Below the pieces are notes generated by a model. It was not told the DNA's origin. It was given only the letters and a program-made list of their open reading frames with translations, and searched no databases. DNA of 64,000 bases from Lophium mytilinum (taxonomy: Eukaryota), in NCBI GenBank assembly GCA_010093605.1, contig MU004183.1, forward strand, positions 62,001 through 126,000, read 5' to 3'. The translations under genes were made by a program, and so were the position numbers. Positions within the stretch are counted from its first letter, which is position 1, and the number at the start of each line of letters is the position of its first letter. Shown here piece after piece: positions 11,018-21,976 of the stretch.

Positions 11018-12458
11018 AAGTGATCTTGAAGGAAGAAAAGATTATCCTGACGCAAACTTCATCCTTGTTTTTCTCTCCATGGCCAGAGTCTCATTCATAG
11101 TCGCTATGTGACCTTGATTGAGGCGTCGTATGCTGGTAAAATAGGCTGATGACTTAAAGATCAGAGAACGGATGAAGTAGCAATCATGATTAGTTTGATT
11201 CTTTTGCTATCATAGGCTTGACCTTTTCAATTGTAATAGAACAAATACAAACTCTTTGCCCTATGACTTAGTCCTCAGACTGGATTGATACAAGCGCCGT
11301 GAGATCTTTGAGTTCTAACAATCAACGCTAACAATCAGCACCAGCAGCAAACAGCGATTCTCATGTACCTAATGTCGCATCTTAATATAATACAGATGCT
11401 ACGGCCTGCAATTCAACAGGTATTGAGTCCGGCTTCATTCAATCCTGCCGCCCGAGCCTCAGGTCGTCCGTCCATTCCTTCTTGTACTAATACAGATCTC
11501 CATGCTTTCGTGGATACCTCTTCTGAAGCATGTCTGAATGTTCTCAACTATCGCACACGTAGAATACCAGCCATCACTACGAGATTTCAGACATCATTAC
11601 AGGTTTCCAATCTTCCTGGAACTAACCCACCACACGTATTTATTCACGGTCGGTCGCTCCGTATGACCAATACAAGCTCCTGTCGATCATCGCTGAAAGC
11701 TCTGCATAAAGGAGATTGTCTACCATCATTGCCCGCTGTATGTGCTTGAGGGGCTGTTACGCTATGACATTTCTCTATAGCAATTAATGCTAGCAGCAAA
11801 TATTGGCTCCTACGTACATGAGTTCGCCTTCTAACGTAGTCTTTTGCTATGACCTGCAATACAGGTTTTGAACCTATTCTGTTAGTGTCTACGTTGCATA
11901 TTGTGGATTACAGACGTGTTATTCCGTTGCGCGTAGTTTATGGTAGAGATATAGCTGTATAGAGCACTAACAATCCTTTTATATCATCCATTTGGTTACT
12001 TTGGCGAGCCTCTTCCGATCTTTCCAATCTCTTGAAACTCCCCGCCTCTCCCCCGCAGAACTTAGTTCGCCGCAGAAGTTGGCCAAAAGCGGTTTCTACA
12101 TGGCGCTCATGCCTCTTAGCTTGTATTGTGAGGGCACATCACAAAGTCGACAGCTTCTGGACGCTGAGATGGACTTTTGAGGCCAGGCGCGGAAATGATC
12201 CAAATCATTCACTGACAAGGTAGCGCATTCAGTGGAAAGAATGGGAGGCCTGTGCTTTCATGTCGCTCGCTCCATTGTGCGTGAATGCCGGGCTGCGAGC
12301 GTCGTGGAGCGACATCGAGTGGTGGACGGCTCCGATCTCACAATTGCTTCTCGTGTATTTATAGGGCCCACCACATCCATACTTTCTTCTCCTCACCACC
12401 CTTAGGAACCAGCAACCACCACATCACCACCTGCACTCTTCCAACAACTCTACCACAC

Positions 12459-12512
12459 AGTTCCCGAGACCAACCCAGTTCCCAAGACCAACCCACATCT
12501 CGAAACCAAACT
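12459..12512 (+). repeat. 18-bp tandem repeat x3 upstream of the likely start of gene D
   Basis: AGTTCCCGAGACCAACCC / AGTTCCCAAGACCAACCC / ACATCTCGAAACCAAACT. Confidence 0.75.
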
Positions 12513-12557
12513 ACCACATCCATCTCTTCATTGTCATCGGTACTGTGCTCATTGCCA

Positions 12558-14459
12558 ATGTCTTCCTCCAATACCTCCGCATCTCCCACCTCTCCTTTCG
12601 CTGCTACATCCAATGCCGGTACCGCCAGACGCAGCGGCGCCGGTCAGCGTCGTACGAGCAGTAGTGGATACAGCGTGGGCTCCAGTGGTGTTCCGCGAAT
12701 GAGCTCATCAGACAACCCGGATACTAGCACCGAGGTGCAGGGTGCATCATCCGATGCTCAAGACAAGAATCGTCCGAATCTAGGTAAACACCAGGTCGAC
12801 GATGACACAGACGAGAACCTCGACCGCCATCCCAAGAAGAAGGCAAAATCAGCTCACACTGGTGGACCAATATCCCTGGGGGACAAGTATGGAGACAAAG
12901 ATGGAGACTCCTCCATGGAGGATGTTGTGCCAGAAAAGAAAGGTGGCAGTTTGTTGCAGCGTCTCAATGCTTCCAAGCGCACTACTGCGAAGTATAGCAA
13001 AAAGGCAGCGAGCGACACTAAAGCCGTTGCTCGTCCAGCCGTCCAACCGAAGAAGGATCTGCCCGTGGAGGAGGATTCAGAAATGGAGTACGTCCCAGAG
13101 AAAGAGGACGAAGATCACGACGCTCCCCATCTCGCAGTACCCGGCCCACCGAGGCAAAAGGCCGCAGCAAAAGGGGCCAACAAGCGCAAGGGTCGTGGCC
13201 CTCGTGGCTACGTGCGGACCCCCTTCGCAATGCCGCGCGAGGATGGAGGCCCAAAGGACGTGTCAACCTGGATGGCCCATTTCCCAAAGGGCAGGCTCAC
13301 CGAAGCTATCAAGTCCCGTGGGTTCTGGGATGAAATCGAAGTCCGTTCCCCAAATCCCACCTGCAAGCAATTGGCGGAGGCCTTGTTGACCTGGGACATC
13401 GCCATGTTGAAAGGCGAGATCCGCGAAGAAATTCTGCTCCACGGCGCAGACCATGTTCATGACGGCCGAAAGGATGAGAAATCCCTTGGTGAAATGCTCT
13501 CGGAACTACCGCCAGACGAAGAGCCAGAGCAAGAAGAAGAAGAAGAAGAACAGGAGCAGGAGGAAGAGAATGAATCGAGCGACGAGCCAATGCCTGAACC
13601 TTTCGAGGGTCCTGACGACGAAGAAGTTGAGCCGCCTATGCCCTCCAGCGAAGCCCAGGTTCAGCGCAATCAAGCATCAGCAACGAACAGAGCAACACGC
13701 TCTCGGCCGATCCCTCGCATGCCCCTGAAGATTTACCCGATGAGGACTGTCGTGAAGCAGGTCAAGACTGTGGTGAACGGTCGCATCTATGAGATCAACA
13801 CGATGAGAAGTGGACATCATGAGGTGAAGACTGTCGCGAACGGTCGTAAGTATACGACGGATTTCCAGAACTGGGAGACTGAACGTATCGTGTGTCCAGA
13901 GGTCTGGATGGCCAACGAGTTCTCCAACTTGATCGCCCTATCAGAGAGAATGGAGAAGAGGAAGGCGGCCGCGAACGCCGGAAAGTCGAAGCAGTCTTCC
14001 CAGCGTAAGCCGCGGGACTGGTCTAAATTCCGTGGTTACCGTTGCATGACTGCACCATGCTGGCTGAAGCTATCGGCCAAGGAACTGCTAGATGCGGCGG
14101 ACAAACGCCTTCACAAGAGCCGTTTGGAGAAACTTTCGCATGAGGAACTTCCATACGTTCTAGCGAAGCAAGAACTCGAGCTCCGGAGGACATTGGCTGA
14201 CAGAAAGCCAACTCCTGATCGCATCAAGAACGTTGAACTCGCGCAGCGAGACTACGACGAGGCGATAGAAGCACGGGAGAAGTCGCAGGCGGATCCGTTA
14301 GGGAGCGTCTATGACTGGCGGCAAGGGATGCCCGCCCCAACGGAAGACTTGAACGAGGGCCTCGAGGATGATATGTTGGCCGCGTTCGGAGCCAACACTG
14401 AACTAGAGCAGAAAGGCAGCCCGGGCCCACTCTTCGAGGATCCTGAAGAGGAGCTATAG
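12558..14459 (+). CDS. Orphan family-1 gene D, ~633 aa, intronless
   Basis: Within ORF 12285-14459. Start placed at GCCAATG 12558 (same context as C and E, downstream of TATTTATA at 12356). Family motifs: RHPKKKAK..PISL, GSLLQRLNASKR, RTPFAMPREDGGPK..AIKSRGFWDE..AEALLTWDIAMLKGEI. Confidence 0.85.
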   Translation: MSSSNTSASPTSPFAATSNAGTARRSGAGQRRTSSSGYSVGSSGVPRMSSSDNPDTSTEVQGASSDAQDKNRPNLGKHQVDDDTDENLDRHPKKKAKSAHTGGPISLGDKYGDKDGDSSMEDVVPEKKGGSLLQRLNASKRTTAKYSKKAASDTKAVARPAVQPKKDLPVEEDSEMEYVPEKEDEDHDAPHLAVPGPPRQKAAAKGANKRKGRGPRGYVRTPFAMPREDGGPKDVSTWMAHFPKGRLTEAIKSRGFWDEIEVRSPNPTCKQLAEALLTWDIAMLKGEIREEILLHGADHVHDGRKDEKSLGEMLSELPPDEEPEQEEEEEEQEQEEENESSDEPMPEPFEGPDDEEVEPPMPSSEAQVQRNQASATNRATRSRPIPRMPLKIYPMRTVVKQVKTVVNGRIYEINTMRSGHHEVKTVANGRKYTTDFQNWETERIVCPEVWMANEFSNLIALSERMEKRKAAANAGKSKQSSQRKPRDWSKFRGYRCMTAPCWLKLSAKELLDAADKRLHKSRLEKLSHEELPYVLAKQELELRRTLADRKPTPDRIKNVELAQRDYDEAIEAREKSQADPLGSVYDWRQGMPAPTEDLNEGLEDDMLAAFGANTELEQKGSPGPLFEDPEEEL

Positions 14460-14581
14460 ACTCCTGCGTAGATCCGATTCTTCTCTTGTTCTTGTTACCT
14501 CTTTGATTTCATTCGTCGACTGTTCCAAAAGGCTACCCGGGAAAGGCTACAAAACGATACTTCGTATAAGCGTTGGTCAGA

Positions 14582-14679
14582 TTTCTGCCACGTGCTTTCT
14601 GCTTTCTGCTATGCGCTCTCTGCCATCTGCTATCTGCTTCCTGCTATGTGCTTTCTGGCTGCTGGTTTCTGTGTTTTGT
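14582..14679 (+). repeat. Degenerate 7-bp microsatellite (T[AT]TCTGC-like, ~14 units) 3' of gene D
   Basis: tttctgc cacgtgc tttctgc tttctgc tatgcgc tctctgc catctgc tatctgc ttcctgc tatgtgc tttctgg... Confidence 0.75.
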
Positions 14680-15820
14680 GTTTATTTTTTGCATATTTTT
14701 GTCCTATACATGCGCGCGTAGCAATGCACAGATACCCCACAAAAAGCCTAATGAATGGTCAAAACTCACACAGCTATTCAAAACTTATATATCTAAGGTC
14801 ATTAGATTAGACATAAAACCACAAAAGACGTTCTAAAATATTACCACTCTCTGAATCTGTGACTTGTATCTCTCATCTCCTGTCATTGATGTTGAACTCC
14901 TGCAATAACACGAATCACACTATATACAAAGCCTAAAAATGGACTCATATATTGCCTTGCTAACGTTTATCTGTCCCAGCTCTACACAGCTCGTGGCGCG
15001 CATATACGGTTTCGGAATCGGCAAGTCATCAAGTCATGCCAAGTCCGATGCGAGGGAATCAAGGCTAACTGTAGATCGATTTGGATCTGCCGAGTAGCTA
15101 ATCGAGCTTCTCCTGACCACGATATTCTGCAGTCAGCACATTAGTCGCATTTGTTTCGGCTGGGATTCGGCCATTGCGGGTTCGGAATTTTATCCAATAC
15201 ATGCAAAGATCCTTCATTATCATATTTCGAACATGAAGCTATCATTGTATAACTATGATGCTCTCTTTCTTCCATCGGCTTAGGCCCCTTTCTCCCCGAG
15301 CCGCAGTTGTCGCTGCGCCCGAGATAGTGACAGTTTGTACTTTATCTATCAGACGAAGGCGCAGATAGGTCATTAGTGGATGACTATGAAAGATTCAGCC
15401 AAACTAAGCCTCTCTACTTATAGTCGTAGATGGTGAAAGGGGTTACTCATTCGCGGTATGACTCTTCAGCTCTAACCGGGTGAGCATTGTGCATAGACGA
15501 AGGTAGAACAGGCGCGCAGCCGCTCTACCTCCGGCACGGTGTAGCATCGAGGCGGCAGTTAGGAGGCAGGCGGCCTGACGCTGTCCGCAGTGAAAGAGGC
15601 CCGTGCACTCACAATGCAGTGAATGCTAGTCAGATTCACCCCTACAGCCTCCATTTAAACCCAACGAGCACACCCGTTCATCATACATCCACCATCGTTG
15701 GAAACCCCACACACACCACTCTCTGCTTATCACCACATCTTCAGTCAAGCTTCAGCAACCCAACCAACACCGCCCCTCGTCCTCACCAATATTTCCTGTC
15801 TCTCTACATCGCCATTCGCA

Positions 15821-17836
15821 ATGGCTTCTCCGGCATCTTCTTTCACGGAGACTGCTAGCCCAGCTCGTGGCAAGACAGAGAGCACAGTCGGCACGAAGCG
15901 TAAGCTGCAGACTGTAGACAGCGACGGCAACGATGAGGTCACACCGAAGACTGTGGGTGACAAACGGCCAAAGAAGAGGGTCAAGCCAGCGAGCGAAGCC
16001 GTCCAAAGCTCCTTGAACCCAAACGGTACAACAATTCCAATCTCCTTGAAAGACCGGTATAAGGGTGATGTAGCTATGGACGATGCCTCGGATAAGTCGA
16101 ACGGTAGTTTTATCCAACAGATTAATGCCTCGAAACGCAAAGTCGCTGGATCAAAGTCGAATAAGAAGGATGTTCCGGATACGCAGGCTATTCCGCGTCC
16201 ATCTGCTTCCGGTGAAGTTGAAGAGCCATCTGCGCGCGACGAGTGCGACTCTCCGATGAACGACGCCCAGGAGGAAGACGAGGAAGACAAACCTGCCCCC
16301 CAAAAGGCTCGCAAGGCGGCCGCAAGTAGGCCAAAGACCGACGCAACTGGCGCCAGCAAGCGGAAATTAGATTCGAGCAGAACAACCCTAGCACTGCCAG
16401 GCGAGCCGGGAGGCCCAAAAGCAATCAGTGTCTGGAGACAGAAATGGTACGGCACCGGCTGTGAACAAGCGCTCAAAGACCGCAGCGTATGGGATGATTA
16501 CGTAGTCAACTGGAAACGGTTGGGAATAAAAGTGACCACACAAGTGAAGGCTGAGGCCCTCTACTGGCACGATATCAACGCGCTGAAGGAAGAACTCCAG
16601 GACGAGATCGAGGCTCGTGGTCCTGAGTTTCAATTTCGGGAGGGCAAAACTCTGGCGGAGTGCCTTGCCGGGCTTCCTGTGCAGGAAGAGCAGGAAGAGC
16701 AGGATGTAGCGCCACCGACGACTTCGAAGCCCGTGAAGAAAACTACGGCGCGTCCTAAGGCGAAAACACCCCATCCTGACGAACGTGAAGAGGATGGCCC
16801 GGTTGTTGCTCCATCAACCTCTTTCGAGAAACCTGTGAATGAAAAAGTCACCCCTGCACGGGCTGAAAGTAAGGCGCAGAAAGGAACTGGTCTCCCAAGA
16901 GACGCATCATCGGGAAAGGCCGAGAAGAAACTTTGGAAGTCAAAACCCGTCCATAAATGGGTCTCTCTATCCGAAGAAGAGCTGCGCAAAGCAGCTCGCA
17001 AGCGCCGTGTAGATCTTACGCCGCATCCACAAGAGCAGTGGGCATACCTCCTAGCCAAGCACGACCTCCTAGAGGAGGACAAACCGGTCGAAAACTTGCA
17101 AGGCGAGTTTGATCAGGTTAAGCAGGCAAAGCAGGAAGCTCTAAGTGCGGATGACCGAGATCAAGCATCTCCCAACCTTTCTATCCAATCTGACCACGTA
17201 GAGGTCGAGACTGTTTCCCCGGACGTAATCGCCGAGAGGATGCAGCCAAACGTGCCTGTGGAGAAAGAAGTAGATGTGCCGTCCACCCGTCCCGTCCCGT
17301 CAAAACGCCCAGAATTGAAGAAGTCTCCTTCAAAAGTAAAGCGCAAGTCCTCAAGCGGTGTTACCAAAAACACTTCTTCACGAAAGGCGGAGAAGAATAT
17401 AAGAAGGATAAATGCAGAAAGGCTGATGGAGGCGGTAGAGCAAGAGAACGAAGATGACTGCATCACCCAGGCTTTAGAACAGGCGTTGTCTGGCCCCGAA
17501 GAGGAACAAAACCCAAAGAAAGCACTGGCAGAGGCAGAAAGGCAGTTGAAAGAAAGAGAAGAAGCCGAGGGCAAGAAAGAGTGGATGGAAGAGGTCCAGA
17601 AAGCGATTTTCGACGCCTTGAAGAGAGACCTAGAGGCCGGGAAGCCGGTTGAGCCGGTCGAAAAGCTGGGAGATGGCGGTGGGTCCGAGGAGAAGCTGGT
17701 GAGATTGTTCGCCGGAAAGTCTATCCAGTGGTTCATCTCCAGCCACTACGCGAGTCGTGGTATTCAACTTTCATATAACTGCCCATTTGACCCTGACGAT
17801 GGCGATGATCCGGGCTTTTGGTCGGAGGAAGAGTAG
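15821..17836 (+). CDS. Orphan family-1 gene E, ~671 aa, intronless
   Basis: First ATG of ORF 15698-17836. Motifs: KRPKKRVK..PISL, GSFIQQINASKRK, DTQAIPRP, LALPGEPGGPK..W..ALKDRSVWDD..AEALYWHDINALKEEL. Confidence 0.85.
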   Translation: MASPASSFTETASPARGKTESTVGTKRKLQTVDSDGNDEVTPKTVGDKRPKKRVKPASEAVQSSLNPNGTTIPISLKDRYKGDVAMDDASDKSNGSFIQQINASKRKVAGSKSNKKDVPDTQAIPRPSASGEVEEPSARDECDSPMNDAQEEDEEDKPAPQKARKAAASRPKTDATGASKRKLDSSRTTLALPGEPGGPKAISVWRQKWYGTGCEQALKDRSVWDDYVVNWKRLGIKVTTQVKAEALYWHDINALKEELQDEIEARGPEFQFREGKTLAECLAGLPVQEEQEEQDVAPPTTSKPVKKTTARPKAKTPHPDEREEDGPVVAPSTSFEKPVNEKVTPARAESKAQKGTGLPRDASSGKAEKKLWKSKPVHKWVSLSEEELRKAARKRRVDLTPHPQEQWAYLLAKHDLLEEDKPVENLQGEFDQVKQAKQEALSADDRDQASPNLSIQSDHVEVETVSPDVIAERMQPNVPVEKEVDVPSTRPVPSKRPELKKSPSKVKRKSSSGVTKNTSSRKAEKNIRRINAERLMEAVEQENEDDCITQALEQALSGPEEEQNPKKALAEAERQLKEREEAEGKKEWMEEVQKAIFDALKRDLEAGKPVEPVEKLGDGGGSEEKLVRLFAGKSIQWFISSHYASRGIQLSYNCPFDPDDGDDPGFWSEEE

Positions 17837-18248
17837 GGAATACGTCGTTCATTTCTTCATCGGATGTACGGAACGTTTTGAGTGCTATAGACGATCGCGG
17901 AACCAATACGATTCAGATCCGAAGATTTTGCAGATAGTTTCATCGAGATTACATTTTGAAAGTAGAAGAAATTACATCGTATGCTTGGTACTTTAGTATG
18001 GGTGGGGGTATCTCAAGATCTCATTAGGTAGTGCAAAATGACATGTCCAATCATTCGATTTCGAAAGCCTAGAGTTTGTATGGGTTCTCATGAAGTACGT
18101 GAACTGCGTTAGATATAGGCCGCTGGATCTCCTATATCCTACTTCTTGAATTTCACTTCGGCCGGGGGTGTCTTCAGGCATCGCGAGGCCTTGCAAAACG
18201 AAAGTCAAGCTGATGCGATCCTGCTTTTGCAGATGACAGTGTATTATT

Positions 18249-18734
18249 ATGCCCGTTTTTGTCTATACTACCTGCTTCAACAACACCACTAACTTCCGCT
18301 CGCTGGCTAACTCACCCAATAACGCAGGCATCCGTCTGGAGCTACGAGGCGCTTTCTCCTCCAGGGTGTGCCCGCAAGATTGCGTTCAAAACACCCCGAT
18401 GCGTCATGACTTCAAGTATACTCCTCCACAAACGTGCCCGAAACTCCAAGGTGCCTTCCTCCCCAAGTGGTGTCCGCAAGAATGCGTTCATAACCTCTTG
18501 AAGAGTCAGGACTCCAACTTTCCTCCCCTATCAGCATGTGGTGCAGAAGCCCCTCAACCGACTCAAAGAGAGTCTGCCCGATACCAGGAAAAAGACAACG
18601 CAAATCGCTCTCAAACACTCTCTCTCATTCTCAAAGCAGATCTGAACTCTCAAGCTCTTCATATCCCCTTTTCTGTGCCGCGCAACCCCCTGGGGCGGCA
18701 GAGCGCCCTGAACCGAGTATCAAAACCGCCCTAA
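18249..18734 (+). CDS. Possible small ORF/exon with a duplicated Cys-containing 34-aa unit
   Basis: 102-bp duplication (TGCGTTCA at 18381 and 18483) reading LRGAFSSRVCPQDCVQN / LQGAFLPKWCPQECVHN with several third-position changes. Branch/acceptor GCTAAC...CAG at 18306-18327. Gene model uncertain. Confidence 0.3.
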   Translation: MPVFVYTTCFNNTTNFRSLANSPNNAGIRLELRGAFSSRVCPQDCVQNTPMRHDFKYTPPQTCPKLQGAFLPKWCPQECVHNLLKSQDSNFPPLSACGAEAPQPTQRESARYQEKDNANRSQTLSLILKADLNSQALHIPFSVPRNPLGRQSALNRVSKPP

Positions 18735-18963
18735 CCTCTCTCTCATTCTCGGCACGGCGCGGGCGGTAGTTTTCGCACCCTTGTTTGGTAGCATATGTGG
18801 GCGTACTGGAGAGAATTTGTGTAGAGGGCTCGGAGCGGGCCCCTTACTCGGGGTTACAATTTTCTTCGTCTCTTCGTGCTTCTTCTGCCTTGAGTAATGT
18901 CAGTATCAGTCATAGGAAGATAAAAGGAAAATGGCATACCTTTCAGCAAAAGCTGTCTTCTCT

Positions 18964-21681
18964 TCACACAGCATGTGATGCGGCATCAACCACAGCGCCC
19001 TTCGGGGACCCTTCTGCAATCTTCTCACTGCCCTCGGAGGTACTCTTCGCCTCCTCGGCAGCCCTCTTCTTTGAGGCCCTCATCTCCACCAACTCGCCCA
19101 ACGTCATCTTTTTGGGAGGAGGACTGGCCTTTGACTCGGAAGCCACGTCTTCCTCACGCTTCCGCTTCTTGGAAGAGCTAAGCTGAATTGCGGGAGGCAG
19201 GGCCAGCGGGGTGAGTACTGGTGAGCCCAGTGCAGTGGGTGAATGTGATGCCAGATGATGTGACTGTGGAAGTGTGACTGGAACTGGTACGCTGGCGGAG
19301 GGAGGCGCTGGACTCGGAGGCGCCTCCGCGTTGCCTTCGTGCAGAGTCTTCTGTGGCAAGCCGGAGCTGTTGACTTTGGGCGATTTAATCGGTCGGGCAG
19401 TCATGCGGAGCTTCTTGGCCGCCGGGCCCTTGCTTTCTGTCTCTTTTTCAACCTCTTCACGGGTGCGCTTGGTTGGCTTGTTGAGTTCGACAGTTCGGCG
19501 AGGCTTTTTAGCTTCACGTTCTGTCGTTCTCTGCTGGACTTCGTCTACATCACGGCCGCGCTTCCTGGACGTGACGGCGACGGTCGTGGTTGGACACGAT
19601 GGAGGGGTAACCGGTGCTGATAGAGCAGATGTGCTCTTGGTGACTTCACCGCCAGTTCCGGGTTTGTTCTTGCGCGGCTTCTCCACTGATGCCTTCGTCT
19701 TTGCGACCCCTTGTAGTTCTTGGACTTTCTCATCCTTGGTGTACTCTCCTTCGGGCTTGTTGGAGGTTCTCTTTTCAACGCCAGGGTCGACGAGCTCTTT
19801 GCCGCAAGCGTTAGGTCTTAGGACCTCGAAGGCGACGAGAAATTCAACCAAGAAGTGCTTGTCTCCATCAACCCTCTTCTGGGCAGTCCCGACGTGTTCG
19901 TAGAACTTCCGACTGAATCCGCCCACCACATACTGAGGGTCACGAGACTTGAAGTCTGGCGATTGGCCCGTCGTCAAAGGTCGGAGCTTGCAGCAGATTC
20001 GCCATAGCTTGGCGATGAAAGCAGTGTCTTCCAAGTGTGCTGTGATCCGTTGCTTAACGTCTTTCCTGAGAACACTGTACTCAATCTTGGCGAAAGCTTT
20101 TCGTTCAGAGCTTGCAGTCTTCTTGAATGATGTTTGGACTGCTTTGCTGATATGACCCTGGCTTTCTTTCTTGTCTTCAGATCTCACGTGGCCTCGCACA
20201 GACCCGGCGGTTGCGACACCACGCGCTTTCTTGACAGGAGCATCTTCAGGACCCTTGAGATGCTTAGGCTTCATCGAGGCAGCCCTCTCGTCTCCATTCT
20301 CAGCTGTTGGAACCTTATGGCTGGGAGATGCTTCCAAGATATTCTCCTCGGCGTGCACTACGATATCGAGCGTGTCGTAGAATTGGAGGAGCGCGACCGC
20401 AAAGTCTTTGTCTCGCCTGGTGCCGCCGATATGTTTTGCACACTTCTGTCTAAGAAGCTGTTTCAGCCAGGCGGCACCACGAGAAGTGAAGTGGGTGCCC
20501 GTATTTTTCGTCGGGCGTGTCTCGTGGCAGAACTTCAACAACGAAGTCACAACAGCCACATCATTACCAAGACCCATGATCCTTTTGGCACACTCCTCTT
20601 TGAGATCCTGGAAGTCTTTCTTCGCATAGCTTCCAGTGATGTCCTCAACGGCGCTATCATTTTCGGGCCCATTGCCTCTAGTTACACCTCCATGATCGTT
20701 GTCCTTGTCTTCCATAGGAAGGCTCTTTTCCGCCGAGGCTGATCGAGCGGCTTGCTGAAGTTGATGTTTGACGTATGCTTTGCTGAAGGTGATGAACCCT
20801 TGGCTGTTGCGCTGTGGTCTGAGCTCGTAGTAGTATTTGAGGAATTCGAGCATAAACTTCATGTCTCCTGGAACTCTGTTTCGCTTCGAGACTCCAACGT
20901 ATCTCTCATACCTGTCCCGCAGCCGAGTATACAAGTAATGGAAGTCACCCGTCTTTTTCTTGTCGTAGGCCCGGCCTTCAGAGCGTCCCAATTGGCATGC
21001 GCATTCCAGGAGATTGATCAAAAGCTCCGAATCCTTCAAATCGACATCGATGCACAATTTGTTGTAGAAGATCAACCTGAGCGCTTTGAGCTGCTCCCAG
21101 TCTGGGTCTCTAGACTTAGAGGTACTCTTGGCGCCTTTCTGCTTGTCCCCGGAGACTTCGGATTGCGCATCGCTGCCTGCTCGGGTGTTCGACTCATCGC
21201 CGCGCTTGTCGTCCGCAAAAGGATCGTAGGACTCGAGTGTACAATCAGTGTCCCAGTCACCGATCTTGTTCTGAAGGTCGAACGAGACAATGCGGTCAAT
21301 GAGGTTACGCTTTGTAGTGGACTTAGGATAGGTGATGCCATCACGATCGCACAAGGCTCGGAGTTGGGGCAGGGTGTAGTCCTTGTTGTACTCTTTCGGG
21401 TCGAGGGGGCGGATCGGGAGTTCATCTTCATCTCCAAAGACGTTAGTCGAAGACAGCTAGCATAGTGAATGAGGATACGTACTAGATTCGGAGTCGCCGG
21501 ACTTCTTCACAACCTTGATCGCGACACCTCGGCGATTGGACGTGTCTCCGCCGCCGTGTGGGCCTGCGCGTGTGTTCGTCAGGTCTCGGAGGACAGGGCG
21601 ATCCGAGTCCTATCATAACATCATGTTAGCCTTGGGTGAAACGCGTGTCAATGTCAAGCTATCGTGGCATGCTAAAGGCAT
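18964..21681 (-). CDS. Orphan gene F: N-terminal HeH/SAP-like motif, three ~90-aa helical repeats, basic low-complexity C-terminus
   Basis: 796-codon ORF extended 5' through intron 21482-21432 (GTACGT...ACTAAC) and a probable GC-AG intron 21672-21610 to ATG 21681. Motif YTLPQLRALCDRDGITYPKSTTKRNLIDRIVSFD; several KRKR/AKK NLS-like tracts. Confidence 0.8.
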
Positions 21682-21818
21682 GGTGGCAGGGTGAAAGATA
21701 TTGGGATAGGGAGCGCGCGACAGGAGCGGCAACGGTAAAGCGAGGGGGAGGCATCCGATGACAGAAAAGGAGCTTACGGCAGTGGATCGGAGAGTCCCTT
21801 GGGCGACGGGGCGGTTCC

Positions 21819-21976
21819 CTGCGAGACCTTGGTCAGCGCGACAGTCATCGAAATCATCGGCTATGTGGCGGAGACGTACCTTTGGTTGTGCGGGGATTCA
21901 TGTCGTTGGTATCGAAGCTGTCGGAATGACAATAGAGCTGCTGCTAAGCAGGGGAAGTGGATTGCTAATTTATATA
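21819..21976 (-). promoter_or_regulatory. TATA box and 5'-UTR intron of gene F
   Basis: TATATAAA on the minus strand at 21976-21969. Canonical intron 21879-21819 (GTACGT...GCTGAC...CAG) between it and the ATG. Confidence 0.55.

Noticed and set aside
12285..12557. 91-codon N-terminal extension of gene D in the ORF track
   Set aside because: Begins upstream of the TATA-like element and has leader-like composition; paralogs start at the equivalent of 12558.
20134..21465. 202-aa and 237-aa + strand ORFs
   Set aside because: Antisense to gene F; no independent coding signal.
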